Of a stretch of 64,000 bases of DNA, positions 1 through 22,400 are shown one piece after another (position 1 is the stretch's first letter; the number at the start of each line of letters is the position of its first letter). The position numbers and the translations under genes were made by a program. Below the pieces are notes generated by a model that was given only the letters and a program-made list of their open reading frames with translations, did not search any database and was not told the DNA's origin. This DNA comes from Podarcis melisellensis (Eukaryota): NCBI GenBank assembly GCA_964234715.1, contig OZ174275.1; one strand, written 5' to 3'.

Positions 1-424
1 AGGCATGTTTCTCCCCGCACTCCTTTTCCCCTCCCCAACCAAAGAGGCCTCTGAATTCTGCAGAAGAGGCTGGTGTACAGCTGTTGGTCTCTAGGGTTCT
101 ACTTCTGGATGGCTCTGAACTTTGCCTTTCATGTTGTTTTGGATTTTCTTCTTGGAGGAAGTAATTGAGTAAACTAGTTAATAGCAGCAGAAGTGTGAAC
201 AATGAATCTCTCTATCATCAAAGCAGAGGAACTGATTACAATGAGTAACAGAAAAATGGAGTTAGAGTAAATACCCCCCCCTTTCCTTTCCTTTTGCTCC
301 ATTTTGTAATAGCTACACAGCCCTTCATATTAATGAATCCCTATAAATGTATCTTTGTCTTCACAAAGTTTTTTTTAAGAGTTTTGTTCTGATATAATAG
401 CTTAGAAGTCCCCCCTCCAAAATA

Positions 425-651
425 CAGTGGTACCTCGGGTTACATAACGCTTCTGGTTACAGACTCTGCTAACCCAGAAATATTACCTCGGGTTAAGAAC
501 TTTGCTTCAGGATGAGAACATAAATTGTGCTCCGGTGGGGCAGCGGCAGCGGGAGGCCCCATTAGCTAAAGTGGTGCTTCAGGTTAAGAACAGTTTCAGG
601 TTAAGAACAGACCTCCGGAACGAATTAAGTACTTAACCCGAGGTACCACTG
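425..651. mobile_element. Tc1/mariner (Tigger/pogo-like) MITE, family A
   Basis: TIR CAGTGGTACCTCGGGTTA...TAACCCGAGGTACCACTG, TA TSD; four copies in the window. Confidence 0.85.
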
Positions 652-3600
652 TATAGGGATTATTATATCAGGCAGTGTTCACCTGGCTGGTGCTTTGAAG
701 TGCTGGAACACATTCAGTTGTTCCCTGAGTACATCGGGCACAACTAAAGGGTAAAAATGTATGTTCTGTATGTTAATAATAATAAACAGAGTTGTCTGGT
801 AGTCTGACTGGGAAACTTGCTTGGGTACATGCCTGAAGCAAATATTGAGTGCTGCTAAACCTAGAGCAATTTCTACATTACAGAAATAGGTAAAAAAAAA
901 TAAACCCTCTGTCCTGAAAAGAACCACGAATCTTCACAGTGAAACAAGCCATCAAACTCTCCAAACTGTAAATAGGACTTGGTGGCCAATATTTTATTCT
1001 TTTTGCAGTGATTCCTAATGTAAATAAAACACATTAAATATAGTCCCACAAACTATTTTAAGTCTGTAAATATGTTTTAAAAAATGAAATATCCATGTGC
1101 AATGGGTTGAAAATTATAAATTTTGCCCCATGGTTTGGTGTTTTGTTTTTTGGTTAATGCACAATTTTTCTGCTCTACTTGGCTCCTCTTGTTCCTTGGC
1201 TAGGGCACAGTACACAGATTGTGTCATCCTTGTTCATAAAAGCACTTGCAATCAATGAGAATGTCATGGCAAATAACAGGAATTCTAAGGGAAACATGAG
1301 GAATGCATGCAGTTTTTGCTACTGATCTAGTTATGTCTTTGGTTCAGTTGTTTTAGGAAGAGGTTGAAGAATGTATGAATCATTTGCAATTTATCAATTA
1401 GAGAAAAGCCTCACTGTGTTTGTGTTTATTGTGCTACAGTAGCTTTCCCCCAACCCTGTAGTCAAAAATATCTGGAAGGCACCAGATTGGGGGAGGCTGC
1501 ATTATAACAAGAAAGCTTGGTTTAAATATTAGGGAAACTATCTGACTCTGATGTAAGCTGCCAAATAGGAAAGCAGGACAGCCAAGCTCTTCGAGGCTTG
1601 TCCAGAAGTGAATGGATCCTGTCCTCTGAGGGATGGTTTGGGAATGAACTCACTCCTACAACATAGAGACGGGAGGGAGCAGATTGGTTAAATTTATTGA
1701 GCTGGAAGTGATCTGGCTTTCATAAGTAAGTTGACACTGAGGTTAGAAATGTACATGACACAAATGGCAAAATGCTTTGAAAGTACTGAAGTACTGTAAC
1801 ACAGCTGATTCATCTGGAGATGAGTCAGGAGAAGTGATACCATTACATATTAAAGTTAAAAATACCCCACCTTCAGCTGATGAGGGTGGTAACAAGCAAA
1901 TATTTAGCTGTGAGCACATATGCTATAAAATGGTACTATTTAGGTGCTTGGAGAAAGGTGAGGATTTATTCTCTCACCTATTTCTGCATTAATGAATTAA
2001 TGGTGTCTTTTCCGTTAGATGTGGCACATTTGTTCACTTTCAGAGATAATGAAAGAAAGGTGGAAGCTGGAGAGCTCTAATTTCTCAACTGAGCAATAGC
2101 TATCTTGTTCCCCACTTGGATTGAAGGCAAAATAAAATGTATGGTTGTCTGTAGAACTGCTGTGGACTGCATTCTGAATAAATTGGTGTCTGTTGGCAAT
2201 ACGAATTACAGTATCCTGAAACTAAGAAAATTATATGCTTAATGTTAGAGAAACATCTACGAAGTCATAGCTTTGGAGACGGGCTGGCTAAGCATATAAA
2301 GTCTAGTACAGATTTTTGAGGTACAGAAATATATTGGGCCCATATTACTGACTATCAGGAGCACAGAGGAGTGTTGAGTCTTTGATCTGGCAAGCTGGTC
2401 TGTTTACATTGGAGACATCCAATATGGTTCCATTTGCAGTTATTAACTGCTCAGAGATTTAAGAAGCTGAGTGTCCTGAAATCCCTTAAGTTGACTCTTC
2501 TCTGGCTTGCTGTTTTGCCAAGGTTTCTGGTGTGGAAATGTCATCTCCTGCTTGGAAGATGTGTCACTTGTGGGACTGGAACACTTAGCTAAATCTTCTC
2601 TGAAACTGGATCAGGCATTTGAAATAGGCATAGATTCCAAGGGAGAGGCCGGGAAATGCTCGTTCCTGGCTGCTTTCTCAACCAGGTGACTCTTCCTTAG
2701 GGAGTGCCCCCTGGACAAGGAAAAACACCCATTGCACAAGTGTGCATGCATAGGATTTACTTGCTGCTGTTCAGCACAGGAGCAACAGCTCCTTTGTTGA
2801 ATACTGTACTAGCTTATCAAGCTCCTCTTCAAAAAGAATACTGTGTTTAAAAGCTTTACTGTGCCATAGCTGCAGCCCACAAAGTGAACTTTGGGTCACT
2901 CCAAAAATGTGAGTACTAGTGTTTCTTTATGTGCCATCTTAAAGGCCCTATGGATTAACTACAGGTGGCGGCAATGCAAATCTTAAAATTTAATCTAAGC
3001 AGTACAGGTATTTCCTGTTGCTTTGCTTGTTTCTTTACTGAATGATGACATGTTTCTTGCTTTTTGTTTTCTTTGTTATTGGCGTCTAATTTGTATTGCG
3101 TGCAATGTACTTTTGTTGGTTTGTTTGATTATATTATATTAAGTCTCAATAATACATTGTAAAATCTAAGCTAAGATTATTTATCATTGAAGTTGATACA
3201 GAACAGCCTCTGCTCCTCACCATAAAGTTTGTCATTAGCTCTTGGTGGCTGTTGCTCCGTCACTTGTGCTCACATCCTGGCTAGTATTGTCAGCAGGTCT
3301 TCTTGTGACACGAGGTAGCAGGGAAGATAGAGAACACAGCAGGGACCTGGAAAGGCTTCTTGTCTTGGAATCCACTTTCCCAGAGGTCTACTGAAAGATG
3401 GCTTTGTTCTTGTTTATTTGCAGAATAATTAATATTAATAGTAAAATAATGACTGTGGGTAATGTGGTTTCAATGGAGTGATTGAGAAAATATTCCTGAA
3501 GTATGAAGAGAAAGTAAGTAATGAGTAGGTAGGGGGTCCTGCGGGTCCTAAATAGAACCATGTCAGGCTGGATCCCTTACTCCAGTTTGGAAACACTGGA

Positions 3601-6600
3601 ACATGAGTTTATCCCAGTTGACAAACCTCATTGGACTTTGAGCCCCAAGTCCCGTAAAGATTACCTCTACTAGCTGATGTGTGCTGCACGTTTGGATGCA
3701 ACATAGGGTAATAAAATTCATTAGCTTTTATCTGGTCACAATAGGTTGGATACCCAGTGGGCAGCTTGTCTGTTGGTGTGTGCTGCTGCCAACCACAGAG
3801 GCACCGAGTGGAAAAACTTCAGGTGGTTGCACTTTTCTTAAACTTCCACTCAAGTGCCCAGGCACCACCTGGGTGTATTAAAGGGTGGTGCACAGGGAGA
3901 GGTTCTGTTTTCAGTAAATCTATACAGGTGGATAATTTATAGCCAGGCTTCCTGGAATGTGTGGGCATGTGACAACAGCAGTCCATATGTTTCAAAGCTA
4001 TAGGTCAAATAATTCAAGTAATGAGGAATTCCCCCCCCCCTTTAAATTCTGGCTTGTTCTGCATTTGCCTCCCAACACAAACATTCTCAGCTTTAACTCT
4101 AGAAACTGAAGAACTGGATGCTTTAATTTGTTTGATTTGGCATCTTAAAGTCATTTAAATACCACTGAGCTGCAGATTCGGGACTATGTTTTTTGTGAAT
4201 TTGGTGTTACAGAATGGTAGCTTGGATCTAGAGTTTGTATGTTCTAAAAACAAAAGAAACTCAGACAGGGAGAAAGTGCTTATAATTTGAGAGGGAGGAG
4301 GGTGTTGGAGGGACACAATTACTATAGTTAGAGAAACTCAATCCACTGTAGAGGAGTTAACCTTTCCCAAACAAGTATATTTAAGTTCTTAAAGCAAAAA
4401 CAAAATGACTGGGCTACCCCATGGGTCACTGCTACAGCAACTTGACTTCTTAATTATTACACTCTGGGCTCTCCCTAGTTTAGCTCGCAAGGAATCAGCA
4501 GTTGTGTAGATGTGTTTAATAACTTAAGTGGTCCCTGTATGAGCATCCCCACATGGTTCTGTGCATAAGTCAATATATATTCTGCCTGCAGAAGTTTGCA
4601 GCATTGCTTGGGGCCCAGTCAGAGCAAATCCAGCTGGGTAAACTTCATTTCCTAGCTTTTCAGATAGAAGAAATCACTTGTTGACTCAAATTATGTGGAA
4701 GCTGAATTTTGATTGTCCAAAGGATATTTATTGTTCAATGAGTGTTGTTTTTATTTAAAAATGAGATGCATCTTTGAAAACCATAAATAAGCATCATTTT
4801 TATCTTGGCTGTAGGGTGCCCAGAGGAGGAAGTCAGGCAGATTAATTGGGGCAGGTGTGAGAGCTGGGCTGTGGGCCAGTGCTGCCTGGACAGGGGATCC
4901 ATGTTTGTGTTGGCTCCTTCCGGTTGGTGAGGAGCTGTTGCTTTGTACAGCTGTCCTGACTGGGCCTTTTCATACCACCCTGATACTTCTAAACTCTGGG
5001 GTAATATCTTTTTACACTAGGACTTGGCATATTTCCAGTATATTTGCTAGAGAGTGACACCTTGGATTGCAGGGGGTAGCTGCTCCTGTTGCTATATTTG
5101 AGGGTGCCCCTCCCTAGATTCTGCTGAAACTGAGAAGTACACTCTGGGTGAGAGGGTTTTCTTAGTTGTCAGATGAAGTAGCTATATTTGAGTCAGACCA
5201 GTGAGAATTGGCTACAAAGCTGTGTTGGCTCCACTTTTTCCAGTGTACTAAGCAAGCACTTTAAGAACCTAGAGACTCCCTTCCACCCCTTGGTATCTGG
5301 CAGCCTTGTGTTTGGGTATGTAAATCTGTAACGAAACTGGGACTCTTAAAACGTGTGTGAGGGAATGTGAGCCTAGTTTGTTGGGACGGAGTCTTTGGGC
5401 TTGCTTGGTAGCTGATTTAACTTCCTTGGTGGTAAGGTGAGCTAGGGCTGTTAGGAGTTTTCAGTACCTAAACCAGGAGCGTGCATTTTAAAAAGGCTTT
5501 CCCACGTGACAGGAGAGGGCCGATGTGGCAACATAGCAGTGGCTTAATCTCCTTCTGTTTGGGTGCCAGTTTTTCTCTTAAGGATCTCTCGGAGCATTCA
5601 GTATCATGGAAACTATTGCTACAAGCGTTTGAAGGGAGGATGAAACCCAGTCCTTTGTACCATGGGAGCTCTGCCTTGCCATGGGAGCAAGCTGGATACC
5701 TTTCCAGGGTGTGGGGGAGCTTTTTATAGCAAGGAATGTGCAAGAGGCAATGAGCAACAGTCAAGTATGTCCATCAGTCATTAACCATGAGCTAACCTTT
5801 ATAATGAGCTATGATAATGGAATCCTCCTGTCACCAAAACAGGCTGTGGAGGGTGCCTGGGAACCTCTATTTTTGCTGTATACATTACATGCATGCCAGC
5901 TGAGACCACTGACACAGTCTTACTAGAACTGTAGTGACTAGATAAGCATGTGTATATTGCCGAGTGAATGTGAGACCGAGGAAGTGGTTTTAGGGTAGCA
6001 TGACCAGTGCGCCAGAACAGAACAATGCTATAGGACAGAGCACAAGAGGTGGGGGTTCCAGGTGCCACTAAAATTTGAGAGCCCAAAGTCTGCCACTGGA
6101 GGCTGCTAGGGTGAAAAGTGAGCAAATGCACTACAGTGTAGCCACTCTTGTGGTGGTAAGATATAACTATGGTCTGCTTAAACCCAAGAGCTCAAGCACT
6201 GACAATATTATTTTGTTCTGTTAAACAGCTTGGTAAGTTATTTTCCTTCCAGAAAGGGAACAAACAAAAGTCCTTTGATAATACCGTAAGAATCAAGGCA
6301 GTCTGCAGAACCTTGGAGATTGACTGATGACATTAGCTTTTTGTAGGCAATGTAGTAATTCTGAATATTACATAGGGGCTTGGATGTACTGAAATGACAC
6401 ATCTAGTCCCTTAAAAATCTATATACAGTGTTCCTCAGTGGATTCAGCTGTTGCAGGAGCAGCTTCCAGATTTCTCCCCTGGGATAGAGATCCCTTACCA
6501 GAGATGCCTCCCACACTCCTGACTGTGAACTGAATTGGGAAAGTAGGCAGCTGGGGTGAATGTGCCTTTGTACACTTGGGCATGTCCCAGTCTGGCCCTA

Positions 6601-6897
6601 ACCCAACTCCTCTCAGCATCACAGAAAAGACTTGTCCTGTAAGTACTTTGTGCTACTAGTGGTCTTGTATGTGAAGATTCCCCCACAAGGAACCAGAAGG
6701 CCTACCTCATTCTTGTCCCTGTAGATAGTGCCCGACATTCCTATATAATGGGGCTAGCCTATTTGGGTTTGGATGACACTCTACTTTTCTGTGTCTCATT
6801 GGAATTGCCATGTTCTGTTACATATACAGTTATTTTGCTTTTCTTCCCAGCTGCTCCAAAATCTGCAAAAATTCTCTGCTGCAAGGAAACCAGAGTG

Positions 6898-15822
<8,925 letters not shown>

Positions 15823-16005
15823 TTGCTTCCTCCCTTCCCCCTTAAGGTGTGCACCCTGCAAGCATTTTCTCCAGAGGTCACCAAATCATTGGCCTCCAAC
15901 TTGCATCAAAAACCATGAAAACAATCTGGAACTTTCTGAGGACACTCTTATTGTAACCAACGCTTCCTTTTAAACATCTAGAATTATGGTGATGATTTTT
16001 TTTCT

Positions 16006-16011
16006 AATAAA
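16006..16011 (+). terminator. Probable PACSIN3 polyadenylation signal
   Basis: AATAAA about 185 nt after the stop codon. Confidence 0.6.
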
Positions 16012-16867
16012 GGTATATAAAATTTTCTGAATCCTGTGCGTTATAATGGAATAGAAGGTGGAAAATGCCCCGTGAAGCGCAAAGCACCCAAACTCCTTTC
16101 CTCTTCTGTGCAGTGATTCCAACAAGCCTATTGTCTGCCAGCTGAATAAGTAGCAGTTGCTCTAAAAATGAACATTAAAGGATAGTTAGAAGCCAACTGC
16201 GGAATGGCAACTCTCCGGCAGCTTATTCCTAGGCAAGGGTCAAACTAGCCATCTCAATTGCACCCCAACTACCTGTCTAGCAACTATATTACATAAGCTC
16301 CTATCCCAACTGCTGAATCTGTTGATAGTTTGCAGTACTGACTTCATATGGAAGCGAGGTATTGAAAACTATGCTGTTAAGAAGTGCAACTAGGATCTGA
16401 TATGACTGTTACAGGACAAACCATAGTATCCTTCAGTATAGTCACACTGATTAGATGGAAAGCACTCAAACAGGCATTATGTTTGTGGTAACAGATGTAC
16501 ATCAACTATACATGTGGGGCTCCTGTGCTACATCAGGATAGTTGTGAGAGGAGGTGCTAGTGGTGTTTGCACAGAATGAATGGCACAGCATTTCGGCCTA
16601 TAATTGTTTGCTAAGAACTGCCTTCGCTTCACTTCTTCACATGCCCCATGGAGCTATTTTTACAGAGCACCACTGTTAGGCAGTGGACCACTTTGGGTCG
16701 GGTCCTCAGCAATCTTGCAAGAAGTTGCAAAGATCACTTGCTGTAGTTGGTGTCTTTTATGTAGCAAACGTGCTTTGCCTCGGGGTTGAAGTTTTGCAAC
16801 AGGTGCAAGTCTGTTGAAATATGGAGTGCAGCTGTTGCAACAAGTAATCGCTCTCATTCCTGTGCTG

Positions 16868-16873
16868 TTTATT
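16868..16873 (-). terminator. Candidate polyadenylation signal of the THAP9-like gene
   Basis: tttatt on + (AATAAA on -) about 630 nt past the stop codon. Confidence 0.4.
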
Positions 16874-17191
16874 GACCTGGCCCAAGGCTTCAGCCACTTG
16901 GTGCTGGACTTTGCTTCTTGATAGCCAAAGGTCAAGAGTTATGTTCTAATCTGGGCTGCTGCCTCAGCTTTGCTTCTACAGACCAGAGTGGGGTTGGTAG
17001 CAAAAGTGCTGGGGAAGGGGGAAGTCCCAATTTGGGGGACTAGTTGGATAAAAGGCATATGGTTCTTAAAACTCCAGAGCTGGGACTGCACAACAAAGGA
17101 AGCCATGATAAGTCCATAAGCAAAATTCCAATATCCACTCAGGAAACAACTTTATAAAGACCAGCTTTGCCAATGTAAATAGGATACCAAT

Positions 17192-17260
17192 ATTCCTGCA
17201 TTGCAGGGGGCCTGGACTAGATGATCCTTGGGGTCTCTTCCAATTCTACAATTTTGTGAT
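17192..17260 (+). mobile_element. CR1 3' tail fragment
   Basis: attcctgcattgcagggggcctggactagatgatccttggggtctcttccaattctac, a typical CR1 3' end. Confidence 0.6.
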
Positions 17261-17501
17261 CCCCATGCTGTAAGCCCTGCAAAAATGCTTCTCAAAGGCA
17301 CACACATGTCACTTTCATGTGAAAAGTTAGAATGACCTTCCTGCATGTCAGTTCCGCGTGGCCCTCCCTGCCTGTGTCCGCTCCAATAAGAAAGCCAAGT
17401 GCAAAGCTGCCTCGTAGTTTTCTACCAGCTTGCAGCATATCATAAGCTACCGCTTCTCTTACAAGGCCACGTAAACATAAGCATTCAGCTTCCCACCACC
17501 A

Positions 17502-19446
17502 TCAAATAGGCATGTACCATTCCATGAGTCCACGCGTTTGCTGAGGCCAGTCCCTGCTGGGGCCATCTGCATTCCCTGTCTGCTGCTTACCATTAGCCAC
17601 TTTCAAAGAGCTGCTACATTCATGAGTCGGTGGCGTGGACAACTGCCCTTGCCCTGCCTCAAGCCACAGTTCCAAGAAGGTTCGCACAAGCTCCTGCAGC
17701 AGAGTGACGTAATGGTTGGAAACCACAGCGTTGCTCTCAAAGAGGTGGTTGCCCAGGGATGAGAAAAGACTGGGCTCCTCACTCACATCTGCCAAGATGG
17801 CCAGCTGCCGCGCCAAGAACCCGCGGTGGCTGGAGTCTCCAAGGAACAAGGAAGGCAGGCCAACAACCTGCTTTGCTCTGCGGATCACCTTCCGTACGGA
17901 CTCTGCCGGGAGGTACTTTCTTCCCTTGCTCTCCACGCACAGCAGGGCACTGCCCGTGGGCACACCCTTACAAGGGCACAAGAGGGCAGCGCGGCATTCG
18001 GCGCAGGAGAGGAGGGGCATCAGCTTCCCCAAAACAACGCAGGAAATGCAGGCGATGGCGTCTTCCTCCAACTCGGCCAGAAAGGCTGGGGCTATGCCCT
18101 GTGTCTCTCGTGGAGGCCCAGTGCCCCGAGGCAAGCGCCAGATCTGCCCGCGAGCCAGAGGCCAGGAAGCCTGCAACTGGAGGTTAGTTCTTCTGCGTAA
18201 GGATATGTCAAGCAGGTTTGGTGGATCGAGGCCCAGACCAGAAAGAGCTCTGTTCAAGACAAGCCTGTACGCCCGCTGGAAGGTCCATGCGGGGCCAACA
18301 CCTTTGTGCCCACGGGCTTGCTGTATGGCTCCCCTGCACCACTCCAGAGGGTCCAGGCTCCACCAACAGGACAGCAAAGAAGCGGTGGGCTCGTCTTCTG
18401 CCTGTAGGTGGGTCTGCGCCAGCCACTGAAAGCTGCGCAGGTTCACCAGGAAGCCAATGAAGCCCCATCGATGCCTGCTCAGCCCTACCAGCTCCCCGGT
18501 GGCAGTGCGGAGTTTGCGAAGCAGGTTCTCGTACTCGTTGCAGAGGTTGTTGAGGGCGCTGGCACTAGCGCGGGAGAGGGGTGCCTTGAAACCTTTCCCA
18601 TAGATGTTGCAGCTGCTGCACGTGTCAAAAATGGCACTCAGCAGCCCGATAAAGTGGGCAGTGGCTTCATGACCCTGAAATTGAGGCAGGCCGAGCCTCG
18701 CTGCAAAATGCAAAGCCTGAACCGTGCCCTCGCTGAACAACTGCGTGGCCCCATTTCCCCACACCTGCTGTTCCTGCGGGCTGATCGCTCCGGCCTGGCA
18801 TGCCGCCTGGAGCACCACTTCTTCCTGCAGAGCCCCGAGATGCAGGAGGTAATCCCAGCAGACCGCCTTGCCGCTCACCTGGAGGCTGCCGGCGGCTTGC
18901 AGCAAGCGGTGGATCAGCGTCAACAAATGGCTGGGATCGAAGTAGTATGCTATTTCCAGCGTAGGAGTAGCTGGATGGAAAAACGTGGACTTGACAAAGA
19001 GGCCGTCCACCGCCACTCCCAGCCGCCTGGCTGTCTCGATATTGGGAGCTGTGGCATCAGACGTCACAGAGACCACCTGCACGCCAATGTCGTACAGTTT
19101 GAGGATACAGTGGCATAGGAGCTGGGCTTGTATGTCACCTCTAAGGGTGGCAAGGAGGAAGTAGCCAACAGGCACTATCCACTGGCCTTGGAATCCAACA
19201 GCCACAAGCAGGAGGGCTTCTCCGGCTGCCGAAACCTCATCCGCATCATATTTACCAGCACCAAAGTCCATCAAACCATGCAAACGCCCGGTGGAAGGGT
19301 CATAGTGGCTTCTTCTTTCCAAAGGGATTGAGCCCATAAGGAGAGAGCACAACTTGAAGGTTTTCTCCCCTGCTTGAGATCTCTCTGCCAGAGCATCGAA
19401 GGCTTGTTGGCTGAATCCCGGCTCGTAATCCAGGTTTGAGAGCCAC
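17502..19446 (-). CDS. THAP9: THAP9-like terminal exon (RNase H catalytic core, GTP-binding insertion, C-terminal Cys/His domain)
   Basis: ctcatag|[16 protein letters not shown]... continues into the 616-aa ORF at 17502..19352. Confidence 0.93.
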
Positions 19447-22400
19447 CTATGAGGGAAGAAGCATGGGAAAGAAAGCTAATCAGCTCCATGTTTGGTTCAA
19501 ACAAAAATCTTTCTTCTACTGCCAAACCCCAGAGCCTGAGGATAGTATGTTTCTTTGCCCTCGTGCTTATGAAAAATCAAAGCATGATGTTACTTTCATA
19601 AACTATTTTAGGCCATGCTTGTGCTAGAGGGCCTGAGAATAGTTCCACGTGGGATGGCAGAGCCTGCATCAGTTCTGCTTTCATACTCTGGTTCTCTTTG
19701 CAGTACAGTGGTACCTCGGGTTACATATGCTTCAGGTTACATACGCTTCAGGTTACACACTCCGCTAACCCTGAAATAGTGCTTCAGGTTAAGAACTTTG
19801 CTTCAGGATAAGAACAGAAGTCAGGCTCCAGCAGCGCAGCAGCAGGAGGCCCCATTAGCTAAAGTGGTGCTTCAGGTTAAGAACAGTTTCAGGTAAAGAA
19901 CGGACCTCCGGAACGAATTAAGTACTTAACATGAGGTACCACTGTATTTGAAATCAAGAAGAAGAAGAAATCTCCCATAAACCATCAGGTGAGCTCAAAA
20001 GCCTGTTTTCTTCCCAACACACCAAATCATCCATGTGGTTTCTTTTAGGCTAACAGTGCATTTGGCACAGTTTGTGTAGGTCACTATTAGGTTGCTTCCC
20101 AATGGGCTCCTAGTGCTGTCTAATTGTTGCCTTTCTGTAAACTACAAGAAGAATCGCAATTGACTTTCTATAGTACTGTGCTTTTCCCACGTGTACATCC
20201 CCACCACATTGTGTCCAACGCTCTCTACCCCACTATTTTATGAGTTCATTTTTTAACACCTATATTTTAATTATCACTGAAAGATGTTTCTGGCTCTTGA
20301 AATTAAAGAGGCACATCATTATAGCACGGTACTTTGATTTTGCCAAGTGCCGGTTGTGTGGTTCTGTGATACACGCGCCATTGCTATGTCTGCTTTTCTT
20401 GATGTTTCCATAGTCCAAAGTTGTTTCCCCCATATCTGGGCTCTCACATAGCAGAGTAGGTTTTCTAGTGTTTTAACCAATTTTTACCATTTTACATTAT
20501 ATCTCTTGTACAGTGGTACCTCGGGTTACAGACGCTTCAGGTTACAGACCCCGCTAACCCAGAAATAGTACCTCGGGTTAAGAACTTTGCTTCAGGATGA
20601 GAACAGAAATCGTGTGGCGGCAGCGGGAGGCCCCATTAGCTAAAGTGGTACCTCAGGTTAAGAACAGTTTCAGGTTAAGGACGGACCTCCAGAATGAATT
20701 AAGTTCTTAACCCGAGGTACCACTGTAAACCACATAGAGACTACAGTGGTGCCCCGCAAGACGAATGCCTCGCAAGACGAAAAACCCGCAAGACGAAAGG
20801 GTTTTTCGGTTTTTGCGACGCTTCGCTAGACGATTTTCCCTATGGGCTTGCATCACAAGACGAAAGCCCATAGGGAAATCTCGGGGACCTTTTTTTAAAT
20901 GCTGGCGGTGGGGAGCAAAGCCTTTTCCCTGCCTCCGGACTTCAGAAGAGGTCCAGGAAGGCCGGCGGGGGCGAAAGGCTTTGCTCCCCACCGCCAGCAT
21001 TTTAAAAGCGGTCCGGGATAGCAGGGAATCGCTTCCCGCTATCCCGGACGGCTTTTGAAGGCAGGCGGGGGGAGCAAAGACTCTTGCCCCCCGCCCGCCT
21101 TGGGAAGAGGTCCTGGACAGCAGCGCTGCCTTTTCCGCTCTCCCGGAAGGGCAGGCAGGGGGGAGCAAAGACTTTTGCCCCCCGCCCACCTTGGGAAGAG
21201 GTCCAGGACCTCTTCCCAAGGCGGGCGGGGGGCAAAAGTCTTTGTCCCCCTGCCTGCCTTCCCGGGGGCTTTTAAATCGCCCCGGGACAGCTGAGAATTC
21301 CTCCGCTGTTCCGGGGCGATTTTAAAATGCTGGCGGGCAGCAGCGAAGGCTTCGCTGCCGCCCGCCAGCATTTTAAAAGCCCCCGGGACTGTCCCGGGAA
21401 GGCAGGCGGGGGGGAAGCAAAGACTTTCGCCCCCGCCAGCCTTCAGAAGAGGTCGGGGGACAGACTGTCCCCAGACCTGGTCTGAAGGTGGTTCGGTTTC
21501 CATAGGAACGCATTAATTGATTTTTAATGCATTCCTATGGGAAACCGTGCTTCGCAAGACGAAAAACTCGCAAGACGAAAAGACTTGCGGAACGAATTAA
21601 TTTCGTCTTGCGAGGCACCACTGTATTGTAGTTAAGTGGCATGTGCGTCTTATGATATTTTTTAGCTTATTTCTTTGGTGCCACTGAGTGTTTGGATGGA
21701 TGGGAGAAGACCAACCAATTCAGACTATCTTTCTTAGGTTGCAATCCTAAATGTACGTACGTGGGAGGGAGAGAGAGAGAGATCATACTTTTTTTGAGAG
21801 AGCAAGACATATTTCTGAGAAAACCTTTAGAGGCTTGCAGTGATGCTTATACCTCCAAAGTCTAGTTTTATCAACTAGCACAGCTGTTTCCTTTTCCTTG
21901 TGAATTGTCCATTCCTCTGCTTCCTCTTGCTAATAAATCTGATCTTACTTTAACCTCCAATGGATGAAAAGCTTAACTTTTCTCTCTCTCACACACACCA
22001 CACACACACGGGGCACACTACATTCAAGTCTTTTTGTTCACCTTGGCTTTCCCCTGATCAGAGTTTTGGACATCATTTGCCTCTCTCAAATTGCTTCCAT
22101 ACAACAATGTGATGCCAAGCCAGTGCAGAGGTTGTACTGTCATGCTGTACTAAACAAGGGACAGCCCAGGTTTAAATTCTGACTCACTCCTGAAGCTCCC
22201 TGGATGACCTTGGGTCAGTTACCATCTCTTAGCTTAACTTGCTTCACAGGGTTGTTGTGAGGATAAAATGGGGGTTGGACATAGAACCAAGTATGCTACC
22301 TCAGGTTCCTTGGAGGAATTTGGGATATGAACATAGGGCCCAATTCAACTAACCAGTCTCACTTGTGGAAGCCTGTGCAAGGACTTCTGCTAGTGCAATG

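Noticed and set aside
4850-4932. Possible non-coding first exon of PACSIN3 (donor TTG|gtgagg at 4927)
   Set aside because: Only a donor-like motif and an E-box; no CpG island or other support visible from sequence alone.
17538-19331. Long plus-strand ORFs (237, 236, 142 aa) over the THAP9-like exon
   Set aside because: Antisense shadows of a GC-rich coding exon, with no recognisable domain or splice support.
20707-21503. Repetitive ORFs and a repeat array superficially resembling a CRISPR
   Set aside because: The repeats lie inside a TIR-bounded MITE, occur in both orientations and have no unique spacers; the context is eukaryotic.
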